A stretch of DNA of 64,000 nucleotides from Eledone cirrhosa (GCA_964016885.1 OZ024748.1:60388001-60452000); one strand, 5' to 3'. Shown: positions 15,680 through 29,928, counted from the first letter of the stretch. Notes: generated by a model from the letters alone, not told the origin. Program-made: numbers and translations.

Positions 15680-15868
15680 GGTGGTGAATTGGCAGTATCG
15701 GTAGAGGGTCGGACGCCATGCTTTGCAGCACAGTTACGTCCCTTTACGGACTGGGTTCAAATCCCGCCGAGATTAACTTTGCCTTTCATCCTTACGGCGT
15801 CGATAAAATAAAGTACCAGTAATGCACTGGTTAATTGCTTGCCTTGAGCCATAAGTAGAAACAATTAT
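15680..15868 (+). mobile_element. SINE S1
   Basis: Full motif set. Confidence 0.85.
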
Positions 15869-16416
15869 ATATATATATATATATATATATTATATTATAT
15901 ATATATTATATTATATATATATTATATATATATATATTTCCAGTGTATCTTTCAAAATATGTGTAATTACATGTACTTGCTTGACTCCGTAAAACTTTGT
16001 ATGTGTATATATATCTCTCTCTCTATATATATATATGGAGAGAGAGAGAGAGGGAGACATGCACATATATACATGAGTTAGTGTATATATGTGTAACAAC
16101 CACCCAACAACAGATTAATGCATGTGTATGTCGTAAAGCATTAGCAACATTAGGAAGCGGGTAGATAGATCTGGAGCTAACAGTTTTGGATTATTAACAG
16201 GTAGACCATGGAATAGTATTGTTGCTAAGATGGAGAACTGTATACATATTTATATCTGCTGCAGCTTAACACACAATAACAATGGGAACTGTCAGCTGTG
16301 GCAGCCATTTTTATATTTCGTTTCAGAAAAAAATCAAATTGTATAGTTCAGCACTTGGTAAGATTAAGTTTCTTGAATTTACAATTGAAGCTTTCGAAGG
16401 AAAAAGTATAATTGTA

Positions 16417-16499
<83 letters not shown>

Positions 16500-16611
16500 G
16501 TATTTATTTAAATATATATATAAATGTATTTATATATATGTATATACATGCATATAAATATAAAATCACACGCAGACACACACACACATACACACACATA
16601 CACATAGACAC

Positions 16612-16720
<109 letters not shown>

Positions 16721-17037
16721 GTGCAGCAGAATAGTATTTGCAGTTATAGGCTTATAACAACAGAACCTTCCCGTAACTATCTTTTCCCTATATTTCTAAA
16801 AGACAGCTGTATAATCCGTGTGATATCTAATGGTATCAAATGAAAGGAATTGTAGAATAGCAATATGATGGATCTATATTAGAATCGGAAGACACACATG
16901 GATATATGTACACCTGCTCACATACGCACATATATATATATGTATGTATATATGTATTGCATATATAGTCATACAGACATACATACCTATGAATGTATAA
17001 ATATATGTGTGAATATTTATTCATAAATATATATGTA

Positions 17038-17121
<84 letters not shown>

Positions 17122-17528
17122 TTTGTGTGTATTTATGAATATTAAATATATATATGCAATCAACCTAATATATTATAAATGGAGGTTATGCACGCTCACT
17201 TCAATTTGAGCGTGTGAACTCCCACCCGTTCCATCAATTATATAATGCTGCTGCTGTTTACCGTGTGAAATTGAAGAGGTGTGAGATAAAACATTGAACA
17301 AACTGCACCGTGATGTCATTATCGTTGTAAAACCTTGTGTAGATCATCTCAGTACTGCTTAGTCTTACGTATATCACAAAGTTGGTACAAGTACGTCTCC
17401 AGTAAAGAGAAGGCAGGAATTTAGTCCTGCCTTATAAGTATCATACAACTACTAGACATTAGAGACATTGCGCGCCAAACATTAAATTGTACTTGAAAAC
17501 CAGTGTTTCCTTCATATATATATGTATG

Positions 17529-17566
<38 letters not shown>

Positions 17567-17700
17567 ATGGGTATGTATATATATATATATATATATATAT
17601 GCGTGTGTGTGTGCATATATATATATGAATATATATGTATATATAAATATATCTATATGCGTGTGTATATATATATATATATGCGTGTATATATATATAT

Positions 17701-17818
<118 letters not shown>

Positions 17819-17845
17819 ATACATATATATCTATATATATCTATA

Positions 17846-17928
<83 letters not shown>

Positions 17929-17929
17929 G

Positions 17930-17973
<44 letters not shown>

Positions 17974-19894
17974 TATGTATGTGTGTATATCTGTATGTAT
18001 GCAAGTATTCCTATTATGTCAATCAACTTTTTACCTGAAGCAAGTAAGTATTCCACACTTAATTATTAGTTACTGACATAGCAATACTCTTTAGACATTT
18101 TTGATTTCATGCTATTTTCCCTTTCGCTAAATAAATGTCAGATGCTATTTTTACCAATAAATTAATTTGTGATAGAAACTACTGTCAAATCTAAATCCAG
18201 CAACAAATAAAAGAGAGGTAGGTAGGGTGGATAATCTACTTCATTTCGTCTTGAAAATTCAAGAATGTTCTTTGCAGTTCGCACTTATTTGCAAATGGAG
18301 AAAACTTTAAAACTATTTTGACATTTTACAAATTCCATTGACTGCCATAGGGATTTATTATTGTCTTAAAATTACTTTGTGAAACATCTTTTTTAATTGA
18401 TAATTTCAGGAATAAATTGGGGGAATTTGAACATTTGAAGTTTTTATTCCTATATTAACTGGAAATTACTTTAGTTCAAAGGAATTCAGCCAGTTAATTT
18501 GACTATTTTGTAGTTCTTATAATAATTGTTACAACCTTTCACACTAAAAGCGAATAATATTCAATTTTCAAACGTGACCCAATCACATTATTTCACGTTG
18601 CTCCAGTTGACTGAACTGGAGAAATGTGTTGCGATGTCATTGGTTCCAGACTGTATCAGTCTCTGCCTTTCCCTTGGACAAAATCTGTAGAGTATAGTAT
18701 GGAGACTGGTACCTATGGGCGAATACTGGTCAAATACCTTGTCCGGTCTTGTGTCTTACTCGGGAACTTTCTCGTTGCAAAAATCTTTTTTGTCAATTTT
18801 TAAGACTTCTGTTTAGGCGGTGCAAGTTTGGTTAGATTCCTTTAGGGTAATGGTTATCGCTGCCGTGTGGCATACAGTATGTACACTTTTCTATATCCTC
18901 AGGCGTCTTGAAGTGTAATTTATTCAATTTCATATATTTAATTTATAAATTGTGACAGCTTTCCAGAGAAAAAACAAATAAGTTTTATTTCCTATGAATG
19001 TAAAATAGTGCAATTTTTCATTTCTACCGCTAACTTTCTTTAACTTTCAAATAAATTGATTTTTCGTCTTGAGGCAATTAATTACTAAAATATTTAAGAT
19101 ATGAGAGGTTGAATACGTTTATTATCGATCTGCAAACATTTCACAATTAAAAATGGTATATTCTCTCTATCTACATCAGATATGTAAAATGAAATGATGC
19201 ATTCATCTTCCCCTCATAAAACTGAACTGAAACTTTTCAGGTGAAAGAAATACCTGTCAGCCACATTATTTTAAATTTGTTTAAATTTTGAGCAAAGTTT
19301 TATTTAATTCTTTTTATATTATTGCACAGTGTTGAGATGTTTCAGCAGAGTAAGGATCTTTTGTTAGAATTTCATTTTGTCAATAACACGCATAAAATAA
19401 TTAACTGTACCAACATACTGTCACGCAAAATCTGTCGGATGAAAATAAAACAAGGTAACGAATATTTAATTAAAAATCCATCATTAATTTTTATTTCTTG
19501 TTTCCTAATACAGTAATCCAGTTCGTATTCTTGCTCAACTATGTTCGGATCATTAGCCTACAGTTGCTGATATCACGTAATAAATCCAGCTTCTACCTTT
19601 ACAGCACCACCACTAATGAATATTGATTGAAACTCATTTCTTTCCGTTTTACTACAAATGATTTTCTCCATTTTAATTGAGCTCTTTTGTGATACGATAT
19701 CTTTTCTCTTTACTAAAAAAAATATAATGATAATGAGATTTCAAGATTACTGAAATTGAAAGTAAAGTAAAGATATGCAGAGCTGATAATAATATAAAAC
19801 CCTTCTCTTCTCTCTTTCCCTAACTCTCTTCCTTTTTGTACCCATCCACCTATGTATCTATCTATGTGTCTATCTACCTATCTATATATATATA

Positions 19895-20683
19895 GGACCT
19901 TCCGTCCGGGACCGATGAACAACTTCCAAAAGTCCCTGGCCTGGCAGTGCTACCGAGGAGCTCTACCAGTTCGAGACAAGCTCTACAGACATGGGCGCCC
20001 GGGCAGGGACCCTGCAAAAAAGATCTGTCCGAGGTGCGTGCGTGACGAAGAACCGTCGCGCACGCATTCATACACTGCCCGGGCGTCACCGACCTGTGGG
20101 GCTATGTAGAACGACTATTGTCGCGGGTGGGACCAATCCAGTTGACCACCGAGTCCATTGTCATGATCAAACCGCCACCCTCCTTCAAAAACGAAGGAGA
20201 GGCGGTTTTCCTTTGTGTGATAGCTATGGCGAAAGAGGTTGTATGGTGGACAATGTTGAAAGGGCTGAGGTCAGACACCTTTCTCTCCGGCCAACAACTG
20301 ATTCTTTTTTTCAAATACCACTTTGGAAGAAGAATCAGGATGGAGAGAGAGGTGCTGTACCCCAGCAAGTTTTATGAAAGGTGGGTGAAAGTGGCGAGAA
20401 TGGCCCGAGTGAATGGGCCTTCTCTCTATATCAGCCTGTAGGTTGAGGAAAAAGAGGAGGAGAGGAAAGGAGTAAAAACTCTTCGTACTCCTGGAGATGA
20501 GGGTTGCACATTTTTTTTCGGGGGTATGTGTTACCCATATGTAATGTCTCCCCCTATTGGGGAAAATCGATTAATTTTTAAATTGCATTTGTGATAATAT
20601 TTTACACGTTTTTATTTTATGTAAACCTCCCCTTTTGTATTTGTCCTCTTCTTTTGTGCTCCTGTGGCTAATAAAGAAACATA
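19895..20683 (+). mobile_element. 5'-truncated Tx1/L1-group non-LTR retrotransposon 3' end (zf-RVT region + 3' UTR)
   Basis: GC-rich island encoding WQCYRGALPVRDKLYR...CPRC, then after a frameshift TVAHAFIHCPGVTDLW and a C-terminal F.ERW motif. AATAAA at 20670, followed by (TATC)n. Confidence 0.8.
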
Positions 20684-20725
<42 letters not shown>

Positions 20726-21906
20726 ATATCTATCTATCTATCTATCTAACTACCTACCTAACTATATATTTATCTAACTACCTACATTACTATATATCTA
20801 TTATACCTACTTATCTATCTATATATCTATCTATCTCTCATTCTCTCTATATATAACACTATGCCTCTATATTTGTATGACCATCTCTTATTTATCCCTA
20901 ATTTGATTTGCTTTCTGTTTCACATTCATTTAGTTAATTGTCCCAGCCTTTCATTTTCATTATGACCATAGTTTCTTTCCATTTCTTTCTCTTTATCAAC
21001 ACGCACACACAGATACATACATACATATATATATATTTATATATATACGCACACACACACATATATATATACACGCATGCGCACACACATACATATACAC
21101 ACATATATACACACATATATAAATACACACATACATACACACACATACACATATATATACACCTATCTCTATCTATCTATCTATTTTTCTATCTTGTCCT
21201 ACATATCACCTTTCCTCTACTTCCAGTAGTTTTGTTCGATATCTCTATCTAATTCCAAATCCTACTCCCACTCAAATACAATATCAGTCAATCCAAAGTG
21301 AAATGATTGTGGTTGATATTATTGTTATTGTTTCTACTGTTGGTGTTGTAGTTGTTGTTGGTACTGTTCTTTTTGTTCCTGACAAACACAGAACAACATC
21401 AACGACAGCCCATGAATATTAATAACTAGAGCCAATCAATAAATGACAGTTTAATACAAGGCAAACTAGAAGGTATTTATTACATAATGATAGAGCTAAT
21501 AAATATGTAGTTAAGTAAATGTCTATTATAATTTTATCGACAATCACTTTGAAGTTCCATCGACTATTGCATTATCGTAATTGATTCATTCAGACAACCT
21601 TACTCAAATTGTTTTATTCAAACTGGCTTAGTGAGACACTTTAAGTAAGTTACGCACTCAACACGATACCGACAAAATTGTCAATAATATTATAAGTTTT
21701 AAACTCAACACAAAGAAATGTTTATTCAGATACTGATCCTTGTTCTTTATAGAATTAAATATACATATTTTTAACCATATAATTAAAACAGTAACATTTA
21801 TTAATACTATGAGATTTTTGGTGGAGATGTTGTCTGGTTTACATCGAATCTAACATGAATGTGAAGGTTTCTATCACAGCCATCGTTGTGTGGGTTGTCA
21901 AATATA

Positions 21907-22410
21907 CAGTAATATTTCAGCCGCACTTTCCTATGTTTAACTATGCACGTGCAGTAGATAGCTATACTTTTACTTCTATGGGCATCGCTATTCACAGTGT
22001 AATAGAAATGTTTTGATAAAGGATTTTTTAAAACGTGCTGCAAATGAGTAATTATTTAATAATACGCATAGATCATCTCATATCCATCTCTTATAAAATA
22101 GCCCCTTTATATCATTCTCCATGAATAACTCTACAAAAACAGTGTGTTTCCAAAACGAGGGCTGTCGTCGAGTGCAGGGCTATATCTAAGAGAGACTTGG
22201 GATCATGTGTTTGAATTCCCTAACATAATTTGTCATGCTTATTCTGAATTAATTACTTATTTACAGCTTATTAAAAAGAATCCTTTATCAAAACATTTCT
22301 ATTATATTGGTAATACCGATGCCTATACGAGGTGACTGTGTAGTTAACTACTGCTTCTGCATACTTAAACATAGGTAAGGTGCCGTACATGTCCGGCTAA
22401 AATATTACTG
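21907..22410. mobile_element. Old palindromic MITE, Tc1/mariner/pogo-like ends
   Basis: TA|CAGTAATATTTCAGCCG ... CGGCTAAAATATTACTG|TA. Diverged arms of about 200 bp (KNPLSKHFYY appears in the ORF track on both strands). Confidence 0.65.
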
Positions 22411-22426
22411 TACATTGGACTACCCT

Positions 22427-23250
22427 TACAGGATCGATAAAATAAAGTACCCATATCGAACTGGGATCGATTTAATTGACTTTCCCTACCCCTGAAATTG
22501 TTGGCTTTGTGCTTAAATCAGAAATAATTATTTCAAGAAATATTAATAGTAACAAAACAATTTCTATCAGAAGTTGTTAGTTGTTAGTTGAAAGATCACA
22601 AATGATTTCAGAAGAAATCAAGAATAGAAGACGTTATTACGGTGGGTTGGCAGTATCGGTAGAGGGTCGGACAGCATGCTTTGACGCATAGAGTTACGGC
22701 CCTTGCCATTCTGAGTTCAAATCCCGCCGAGGTTAACTTTGCTTTCATCCTTACGGGGTCGATAAAATAAAGTACCAGTAATGCACTGGATAATTGCTGG
22801 TCTTGTGCCAAAAGCAGAAACAATTATTACATCAAAGGTGGATTAGAAGACATTATTACGACGGCGGTGATTGGCAGAATCGGTAGAGGGTCGGACGCCA
22901 TGCTTTACAGCAAAGAGTTACGGCCCTTTATAGTCTGAGTTCAAACCCCACCGAGGTTAACTTTGACTTTCTTCCTTACGGGGTCGATAAAACAAAGTAC
23001 CAGTAATACACTGGGCTAATTGCTGGCCTTGTGCCAAAAGTAGAAACAATTATTACGACGGCGGTGGATTGGCAGTATCGGTAGGGTGTCTGCCACCATG
23101 CGTTGCAGCAAAGACTTACGGCTCTTTATGGTCTGAGTTGAAACCCCTCCGAGATTAACTTTGACATTCTTCCTTACGGGGTCGATAAAATAAGTACCAG
23201 TAATGCACTGGATATTTGCGGGCCTTGTGTCAAAAGTAGAAACAATTATT
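22427..23250 (+). mobile_element. Cluster of SINE S1: one partial plus three head-to-tail copies
   Basis: Partial 22427-22530; full copies at about 22640-22830, 22860-23055 and 23058-23250. Confidence 0.88.
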
Positions 23251-23490
23251 AGATCAAAGGATTTGGAGTTAAGTTCTGAGAACTTGTGTTACGGACGAAT
23301 TGGTCATCAGCTAGCGTAGTAAATGACAGGTTCCCCCCACTAGATACAAACAATATACATATATACACAAACATATACATCCATTCGTACAAGAATAAAT
23401 ATACACTTATGATCACATACTTCTGTTTAACTCTGTGTATGTGTGTCTCTCTCTCTCACTATACATACATACATACATACATACATACAT

Positions 23491-23875
23491 GGTGGCTGCC
23501 AACTCGTTTTCGAGTACGGCCACTACTTTATATCCATGTAGTAGAACCCTTACCTATGCGCTGAACAAGTGTGACTTTTAGTCCAGCCAGCGACTTGAAA
23601 ACTCTGGTACAAACACTACACTTGTGGCAATTATTGACACATAGTGCTGGGCCCATGGTACCATGTGATGACAAGTGCAAAGAGATCTCCAGATATAAAG
23701 CAATGCCTGTGTTGTGAATCTTTTATAGTGAGCAAAGTCACTGCACAAAGCCAGTCCCACTCTCTTAACCAAGATGATATTTACCAAAAAGAAGAACAAG
23801 TCAACATCATTGGATACCATCAGGGTTGCAGGTGTTATATCAGAGTTTTCCTTCCCCTAGAATTCTGCCTTGACA
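23491..23875 (-). mobile_element. 5'-truncated second copy of the RTE-derived retroposon
   Basis: Reverse complement of about 5825-6210 (near-identical ORF-track peptides 5880-6122 and 23578-23820). Flanked by (CATA)n on both sides. Confidence 0.85.
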
Positions 23876-23938
23876 TACATACATACATACATACATACAT
23901 ACATACATACATACATACATACATACATACATACATAC

Positions 23939-26900
23939 GTAAGTCAGTCAACGCGATCAGTCGCATATTTTGGCGTGGGAGACTATTTATTAAATTTAAG
24001 ATGAATACTATCTCCGACAGTAATGCCACAACTACAGTCGTGTTGAATAACTGGTTATTCTTCTAACCATCCCTTCTGAAGACACCTTTTATTCGAATTC
24101 GTAGAGATATCCGACTAAATACATAATTCATTTTACAAGGATTTGCTACAAACAGCATGGCTGAACACAACATCAACAAGAAAATTAAGGAAGTATCGAA
24201 GACAAATAACAAAGAAGGTAATCAAACTTTATTCAGTTGTAGCTACAGAAGAAACCGAAATTATAAATCGCATTTCTCTTGGAGTTGCGAACTTAATAAT
24301 GATTTATTTAATTGTTATAAAATGGCAAAAAACAATCCCTCCATTGGCTATATGAATAGTATGAAGCTACACTGGGACGAAATGCACCCAGAGCTAAATT
24401 ATTTCACAGCGAAACAATTACGCCAACAAGCGACGTTTGTTGAACGTAAAAATAAGATAAATATTATTAATTGTAAGTCCCCCACAACAAGCATGGAATC
24501 AACAACACGTGCTACAGATCGCCATGATACTAGACTTCCTAGCAGCCAGGTCGAACAGCGCCTTGAAACAACTATGCCTGTAAGAAATTTGACACCACGT
24601 GTACCATCTAAGTCTACCTCGAATGCTGGGGAAAACACTATCGATAATAATAATAATCGAGGAAATAATAATAATAATCGAATAAATGTGACACCACGTA
24701 TACCATCCGAGTCTACCTCGACTGTTGTGGAAAATACTATCGATAATGATAATCAAAAGTATAAACAATTGAAAATTTCCCTTAACGAAATCTTCCAGAG
24801 AGAAATTAACTCATGTATAAATATCTTTCTGGCTGAACGTGTTAAAATGACAATGGTGAATAAAAAGCCAAATAATGAAATACTACGTGTTATTGACGAA
24901 ATAGGGGATGAATATTTACGACGGATAAAAACCCCAACATTTTAGTAAATCAACGCCTGTTTATATGCCTTAGCAATGACAGTGAAGCATTATCTTGGTG
25001 ATAGCAGAGATATTAACAAGAACAAAACACCACCAAAAATACCATCATATATAACTAAAATAGAAAAAAAGAGTGCTGACCTACGAAAAAACATAGGACA
25101 TGTGATAATGCTCCTTACATGCAAACGAACACAAAAAACCTCACTCCTCACCAACAAAGAATGAAAAATAAAATAGAGACGATGTTTGGTAACAGTAGAA
25201 TCAGAACTCTCCAATATAAGCTGATCACCGTCAAACAAGAATTGAGAGCTGTTAGCGAAAAACGCCGATACCTGAAGAAGGTAGATGAGAGAAAAATGCT
25301 TAATAAAAGATTCAGACGAAACCAAACATCAGTCTATAGAGATATGAAGGGCAAAATAATAAGTGTCACTGAGGCCCCATCCCAGAAAGACATAGATTCC
25401 TCTTGGAGAAAAATATGGGGTGAAAAGAAGAATTTCAACCTAGATGCAGTGTGGCTAAGAGAAATCCGAAAGAACTATTGCCCCTACACTACAACAAAAA
25501 CATATGGAATAAGTGAGGGTACCCTTGAGACTGTGATAGGAAAACTCCAAGATAAGAAAACACCAGGAAGAGACATGATTGTCGGCTACTGGTACAAAAT
25601 ACTGATATTCTATCGGAGGTATCTTACTGACCTCTACCAACAAGTTCTTAAGGGAGATACACTTATACCAGAATGGTTGACATTAGCACAAACGTTACTG
25701 GTCCCCAAGAACAAAGACACCCACTTGGCAAAAAACTACCGACCCATTGCATGCCAGAACCTGATGTATAAGATGTATACAGCCTGCCTGAACCTATTCC
25801 TCCAAGATCACTGTGAAAATAATAACATCATCACAGATAAACAAGCAGCTGGAAAGAAAAGGGTTTGGGGATGTGCTGAACAACTCCTAATCAACAAAAC
25901 TGCGATGTCGGAGGTGCGACAACTTAGGAGGAATATGACTACAGTCTGGCTGGACTACAAGAAAGCTTTCGATTCTGTTCCCCACTCTTGGATGATAGAG
26001 GCCCTCCAACTTGCTAAAGTCCAAGACATTATTGTCAGAGCCATAGAGAGGCTGTCTTCTTCTTGGGCTACTATCCTAAGGTTAAAGACAGAGAAGGAGG
26101 ACTCTATTTTCACTGATAAAATAAAATATTGCAGGGGTATATTTCAGGGGGACAGTCTCTCTGTGATATTGTTCATCTTGTCATTAAACCCCTTGTCCTT
26201 TCTGCTCAAGAAATGTGAGGGATACATCATTGGCTCACAGGAGGACAGAAATACGAACCTAACCCATAACTTCTTTGTGGACGATCTGAAACTCTATGCC
26301 AAGAACATGGATGGGATGAAGAAAAATCTTGACCTGGTTACAACGTTCTCAAAGGATATAGGAATGGAGTTTGGCCAGGATAAATGCTCATACATGACTG
26401 TAAAGCGGGGAAAAACAACAACCCAATCTAGCAACATTGTCATCAATGGTCTAACTGTTTCACCGATATCTGATGAGGACTGCTACAGATACCTGGAGAT
26501 AGATGAGAACATATCCTATAATGGTATCTGTAATAAAGAACGCGTAACCAGGGAATACTACACCCGATTAAGAAAGATCTGGTCATCGGAACTCTCTACG
26601 CAAAACAAAACAGTGGCTCACAATGTGTTTGCTGTGCCTGTCCTAACACCAACGTTTGGAATACTCAATTGGACGATAGATGAAATCCGAGCAGTTGATG
26701 TTGGAACTCGAAAAATACTGAACAACACCGGAAACTTCCATATCAACAGTGACATAGACCGCCTTTACTTGAAACGTAAGCAGGGAGGCAGAGGCCTAAT
26801 ATCAGTCCAGACAACATTTGAATGTCGCATCATATCTCTCCGACAACATCTACGAACATCGAAGCGTAGGAGCCCGCTTCTCGAGCAAGTCTATCTGCAT

Positions 26901-28070
26901 GAAACAGATAAGATCATGAGAGTTGGGAAGGAACTCCTTGAGAGATATTCCCTGTGTGATAATCAAAAACTCACACCCAGGGATGTCGCTCAGCAGTATC
27001 GCAGTGAATCCATCGATGAAAAACTGCATACCTAATAGCAAAAAATCAAGCATGGATATGTTGCCAGGAAGCTCCAAAGTGAGACTAATATAGATAAGGA
27101 AAGTAGTCTATCTTGGACCAACAACCGCTATATTGGCTCCCACTTTGAAGGATACACTTTTGCAATCCAAGAACAGGAGATTAGCATGAAATACCTGATT
27201 CACAAAAGAGGTAGGGATGCAGGCAAAACACCTAGATGTGATAACAAGTGCAGACTCTGCAGAACTAATATCGAGGATATCACCCATGTCATCAGCAGCT
27301 GCCCAAAGATGTCATCGCGGTACTATCTACCTATGAGGCATGATATAGTGGCCAAAACACTGTACAATGCAGTTCGTAAAAAAGATAGCCCCGATAATAA
27401 ACACATTAAAAGCTACAACAATGTGGAAGACATCCATGTACATAATATGAAAGAGTACTGGTGGAATGTTCCAGTAAAAATCCCAATAAAATGCAGGCAT
27501 AACAGACCAGATATTATGATATGGTACAGGGAGAAGAAAACATGCACAGTAGTGGAAATTAGCTGCCCAGCAGATGCCAATATAATATCAAAGATTAGTG
27601 AAAAGGAGAATATTTATGCAGAACTGATGAGAAATCTGCAGATACTCCACCCTGATTACACCTTCAGATTTATGCCTGTGATTATTGGGGCACTGGGATA
27701 TGTTAGTAACTGCCTCAATACAAATCTTGAGAAGCTAGGCTTCACAGGAACAGAAAGAACACAACTAGTTAGGAAATTACAAGTACAATCCATTAATGGA
27801 ACAGTAAAAATATGTAAAACATTCCAAACATTTTGCATCTACTAACTGCATATACACATGTACAGATACAAAGCATATACACATGCACACATACAACTCA
27901 AAACATCCACATCCACACATACAATAACATCCATATCTACACATGCATACATACATACATATCTACCTAGTTGATGTTGTGTAAATTCCAATGAGAGAGT
28001 CTTGTGTCTATGTTAGAAACCGACTCTCTCTCTATTGGTAAAACTTTGTGAAATTATAAAACCAGAAGAA
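23939..28070 (+). mobile_element. R4/Dong-clade non-LTR retrotransposon (RT + RLE endonuclease), near full length, disabled
   Basis: N-terminal W..ELN..L..CY...GY...M...W motif; RT motifs KNYRPIAC, WLDYKKAFDSVPH, GIFQGDSLS, FFVDDLKL, GGRGL; CRLC..E...H....C knuckle; RHD, NRPDI, VVEIS nuclease motifs. Flanked on both sides by (CATA)n. Confidence 0.93.
24157..27845 (+). pseudogene. Disrupted single ORF of R4/Dong element 1
   Basis: ORF pieces 24157-24945 and 24976-25164 share a frame (TAG at 24943). One frameshift near 25120-25140. 25119-27035 and 27186-27845 share a frame separated by TAA TAG at 27033-27038; read-through gives KHGY..W..EGYTFAIQEQ, typical of the clade. Confidence 0.9.
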
Positions 28071-28080
28071 CATACATACA

Positions 28081-28116
<36 letters not shown>

Positions 28117-28127
28117 CATATATATAT

Positions 28128-28314
28128 GATGGCTGCAAACTCATGTTCGAGCATTGCCATCGCCTGATAAAATGCTAAAACATGTGAGGCACGAATGTGG
28201 TTCTTTAAACCAGCCAAAGACTTGCACCCTCATGCACATACATAGAAACTGTAAACTCCTCCGTGACTTCCCAATGCTTTGTTCCGGCTGTGTGTTCTCA
28301 TGTGTCTTTTAAGA

Positions 28315-28317
<3 letters not shown>
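28128..28317 (-). mobile_element. RTE-type 3' end with tandem C2H2 finger remnants
   Basis: GLKRHMRTH and CKSLAGLKNHIRASH on the minus strand. Terminus GAGTTTGCAGCCATC resembles GAGTTGGCAGCCACC of the 5601-6210 element. (TATG)n tail. Confidence 0.65.
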
Positions 28318-28394
<77 letters not shown>

Positions 28395-28626
28395 AACGAG
28401 TAGGACCCCGACGGCTGAGCTCAAGCCGTCGAAACGGCTTGAGCCCAGCCGTCGGGGTCCTACTCGTTCCTATTACCCACTCTACTACCCTAAGTTTTGA
28501 GTACTTTGGTGCGTTATGGTCCACCTGGTTCCTTACCACATTTCCTTCGTTATATATATATATATATTATATACATGCTTACAGACTCCCACACACTCAA
28601 AAGAGGATACTGAATCATACACGAAC

Positions 28627-28728
<102 letters not shown>

Positions 28729-28813
28729 TATTAATAAAATAGATGTTCTTTTGAACAAGGTAGTACCTTGATTAAATCTAAACCATTTAACATCTCAGGG
28801 TATATCATGTATC

Positions 28814-28876
28814 ATTATATTTTGTCTGATGAGGACGTACTGTTGTACATCCGAAATATGTATAATAAAATGTAAT
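28814..28876 (+). ncRNA. Minimal type-I hammerhead ribozyme motif
   Basis: CTGATGA at 28826-32; stem II GGACGTAC/GTACATCC with one mismatch; GAAA at 28853-56; short self-complementary stem III; ATA triplet; 12-bp stem I ATTATATTTTGT/ATAAAATGTAAT. Confidence 0.7.
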
Positions 28877-29742
28877 TGATCAAAAGAACTCCAGAAAATT
28901 ATTTTTCTCGTTGAGTGCTTCCAATCTACTGTAAAACTCATTCTTTGACATAATCATTGAATATATATATATATATATGTATATATATAAATATAAACAC
29001 TGACTTAAATCCGACTTTATGTATATTATACAAACGTATGTATGTGATATTTCTACACGATTTTGCTTGTGTCTGCGAATGCATTCATATTTCTTTGTGA
29101 ACACACTGTAATCCAATAAACCAACACAGTTGTACCACCCGCCAGAGAGACATCTAATTATTTAAATTATTTAAATGTTTTCAGTATTCTAACATATTCT
29201 GAATTCTAGCGATTTCTCTAACTTTTCTCTCTACTTTAGTATACACGTCTTCAGAGCGTAACTTATCACACAGCAACAGCGAATGGATTAAATTGGATCT
29301 CAGTTGGTTTCGAAGATGAGTGTTCCAGTTGTTTGATTAACCGAACGGCCTGCTCATGTAACTATCTACCTTGTCCGATGGGTTTCTTCACAGTTTCCGT
29401 TTACCTATTTTTATTCACCAGGCTCGTTCACTCATAGCTTGTGGTATAAGATATTTGTTGAGATGACACACAGTGGCATTGACCCCATGTTCGTATGAGA
29501 GTGGAGCGTGCTCCGTAATCGTTCGACTATGCACAATACCATTTTCGTACAGCCAACTTCATTAGTGCGTGTGTGATATTGTGTTCTTGAACATTTCGTA
29601 TAATTCATCTGACGTCCACTGTGTTAAAGTGGTTAGTCTACAGACAAACTGTAGTTAGTCTATAGACAAATAAAAAGAAGTATCTTTGGTTAACTCTTTA
29701 ACATTTACATAACTCTATATTTACTATTACATTTTTATGGTA

Positions 29743-29928
29743 TGGATTGGCAGTATTGGTAGGGGGTTAGACACCATGTTTTGTAGCATCGAGTTACATC
29801 CCTTTACAATCTGAGTTCAAATCCCGCCAAGGTTAACTTTGCCTTTCATCCTTACGGGGTCGATAAAATAAAGTACCAGTAATGTACTGGGATAATTGTT
29901 AGCCTTGTGCCAAAAGTAGAAACAATTA
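29743..29928 (+). mobile_element. SINE S1
   Basis: Full motif set. Confidence 0.85.

Noticed and set aside
22640-23250. CRISPR-like or tRNA gene array
   Set aside because: Units are whole SINEs without unique spacers; A/B boxes are present but there is no cloverleaf; eukaryotic context with no cas genes.
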